A stretch of DNA of 63,847 nucleotides, the filler included, from Dugesia japonica (Eukaryota): NCBI GenBank assembly GCA_001938525.1. It is 6 parts of 6 records of this genome, joined end to end, with 100 filler letters (N's around TTAATTAATTAA, not from the genome) between each part and the next. Parts side by side here need not be neighbours in the genome. Positions count along the whole stretch, not along the records: positions 55,611 to 63,847 come from MQRL01583147.1; 5 more parts are not named here. One strand, 5' to 3'. Positions 62,526 to 63,847 of this stretch are shown piece by piece. Under the pieces are notes generated by a model, which did no database searches, was not told the origin of the DNA, and saw nothing but the letters and a program-made list of their open reading frames with translations. Numbering within the stretch: the stretch's first letter is position 1; the number at the start of each line of letters is the position of its first letter. Made by a program: the position numbers and the translations under genes.

Positions 62526-63847
62526 TCAGTCGTTGCATTTTGCTGATCTTTTCGTATTGCTGCCTTTTGAATTCCACATCGTATTCCAAGGCAGTCTTAT
62601 AACTAGGTACATGAAGTGTTCCACTGCTTTCTCATCGTCGCTGCTATTACTACTTTCATCCTTGTTTTTAAATATTTCCTTAAATTGATTGAAATATGAT
62701 ATTTTCTTTTTAGCATTGCTCATTTCTTCGCATAACAATTGGAGTTGCATTAAGACTTCCTTGTCTGATCCTCTTATTTGTCCGAGCTTGCAAATGAATC
62801 TCTTTACCCTGTCAATATCCTTGGAGTGACTGTTAAGTACCATAGCTTTCACTAAAAATGGAAATATTCCCGTTACTATTTTCCAATTCACCTTCTTCTC
62901 TCTTTTGTATATATCAAAACACGCGTACAATTGAGTAATCACTACTCGTGTTACCGAAGTTATCAGCATAACTCCCAACAATCCTGCCATTGCTTGTCCA
63001 AATATGATGAATCGTCCCCACATTTTCCGCATGACGTTTTCTGTGACTTTTTGAAAGTGGTCTGTGGATAGTAATGCGTCGTAATTTACTCATCCGTCTA
63101 TGTTAGTTCCACTGGTTAATTGTACTATATTTGATAGAATTTGCATTCTTTGGACTGTGAACAGCATATATTCCCTGGTCTTCTCTAAATCTTCCCTACT
63201 ATAGATTCCTCCCTTGTTTACATCAATTGGAGTGAATTGCATACCTCCATTTAATCGTAACATGGAGAATTTTCGTGGCTCGATCCTCACTGCCATTCGT
63301 TGTGGAAATCTTATCCATGATCCATCTGTCATTATGTATTGTGGTCCAAACACATTAGAGCAGTTTATGATATTTGGCCTATAACCCAGTGGTGATATGA
63401 TTCGCGTAATTGGTTGCACTTAACGTTTTTCGTTGTTATGGATAATTTCTATCTCATTGTAGCAATTTTTTGGATTAGAAGAGAACTCCGCCTCTATGGC
63501 CTTGCATTTGTATAGGTACATAAATTCTCCTACTACTCTACCGAATTGTCCTTTTTCTAAAGGAAGTAGTGGAGTGACACTATCTGGGTTTGTAACCGCC
63601 ATTGCTAATTTTTTCTTTAATATTTCTTTATTTAATTTGCAGTCATTTTGAATAAGATCGTGGTACATACGTCTGATGGTATCTTGCATCCGATGGAACA
63701 GATTATCCATTTTGTTATTGGCGTACAGATGCAATTTGATATCCTATGACATCACGGTGGCTTGTGCTGTTTGTATTCGATGTTCCGACACGAATATTCC
63801 TTTGTAGTTCGTTTTATACACTATTTGCCCACACTTTGACATCGAAT
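62526..63847 (-). pseudogene. env: Envelope glycoprotein C-terminal half with TM anchor, chuvirus G-like
   Basis: DCKLNKEILKKKLAMAVTNP..VVGEFMYLYKC..CYNEI..PITRII..CSNVFGPQY..GGIYSREDL..WGRFIIFGQAMAGLLGVMLI. One frame with stops. Confidence 0.8.

Larger units (their letters stand above)
55611..63847 (-). mobile_element. Internal segment of giant Ty3/Gypsy element: env-PR-PR-RT-(RH deleted)-IN-extension-RING, then a coiled-coil ORF
   Basis: All domains are co-oriented on the minus strand and the contig has uniform composition. Confidence 0.88.

Noticed and set aside
58389-62546. Plus-strand ORFs (58389, 59099, 60679, 61085, 61665, 62325)
   Set aside because: They are antisense shadows of the minus-strand polyprotein with no motifs of their own.

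Overview
This is very AT-rich eukaryotic DNA with (AAT)n microsatellites and roughly 30-50 nt GT-AG introns. A flatworm/planarian host is plausible but is only an inference. The window is not one locus. Five 100-bp linkers (44 N + TTAATTAATTAA + 44 N) join six separate contigs: 1-9553, 9654-18805, 18906-28233, 28334-39198, 39299-55510 and 55611-63847. Nearly all recognisable content is decayed mobile or viral DNA. (1) Polinton/Maverick (adintovirus-type) endogenous viruses: pPolB, packaging ATPase, chromodomain integrase, penton, major capsid protein, adenain protease and core-like proteins. One carries a divergent TATA-binding-protein (TBP) gene, and a second TBP fragment lies on another contig. 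Small intron-containing Cys-cluster genes and a multi-tier subterminal repeat stack are associated with them. (2) Ordinary Ty3/Gypsy elements. (3) Two pieces of a giant Gypsy family. Their inferred composite order is Gag - Bcl-2-like domain - chuvirus-like class III envelope glycoprotein - two aspartic proteases - RT - integrase - long extension ending in an IAP-type RING. (4) An internally deleted hAT element with TIRs and TSD, and a Penelope RT fragment. All family calls come from manual translation and motif recognition; no database search was run.
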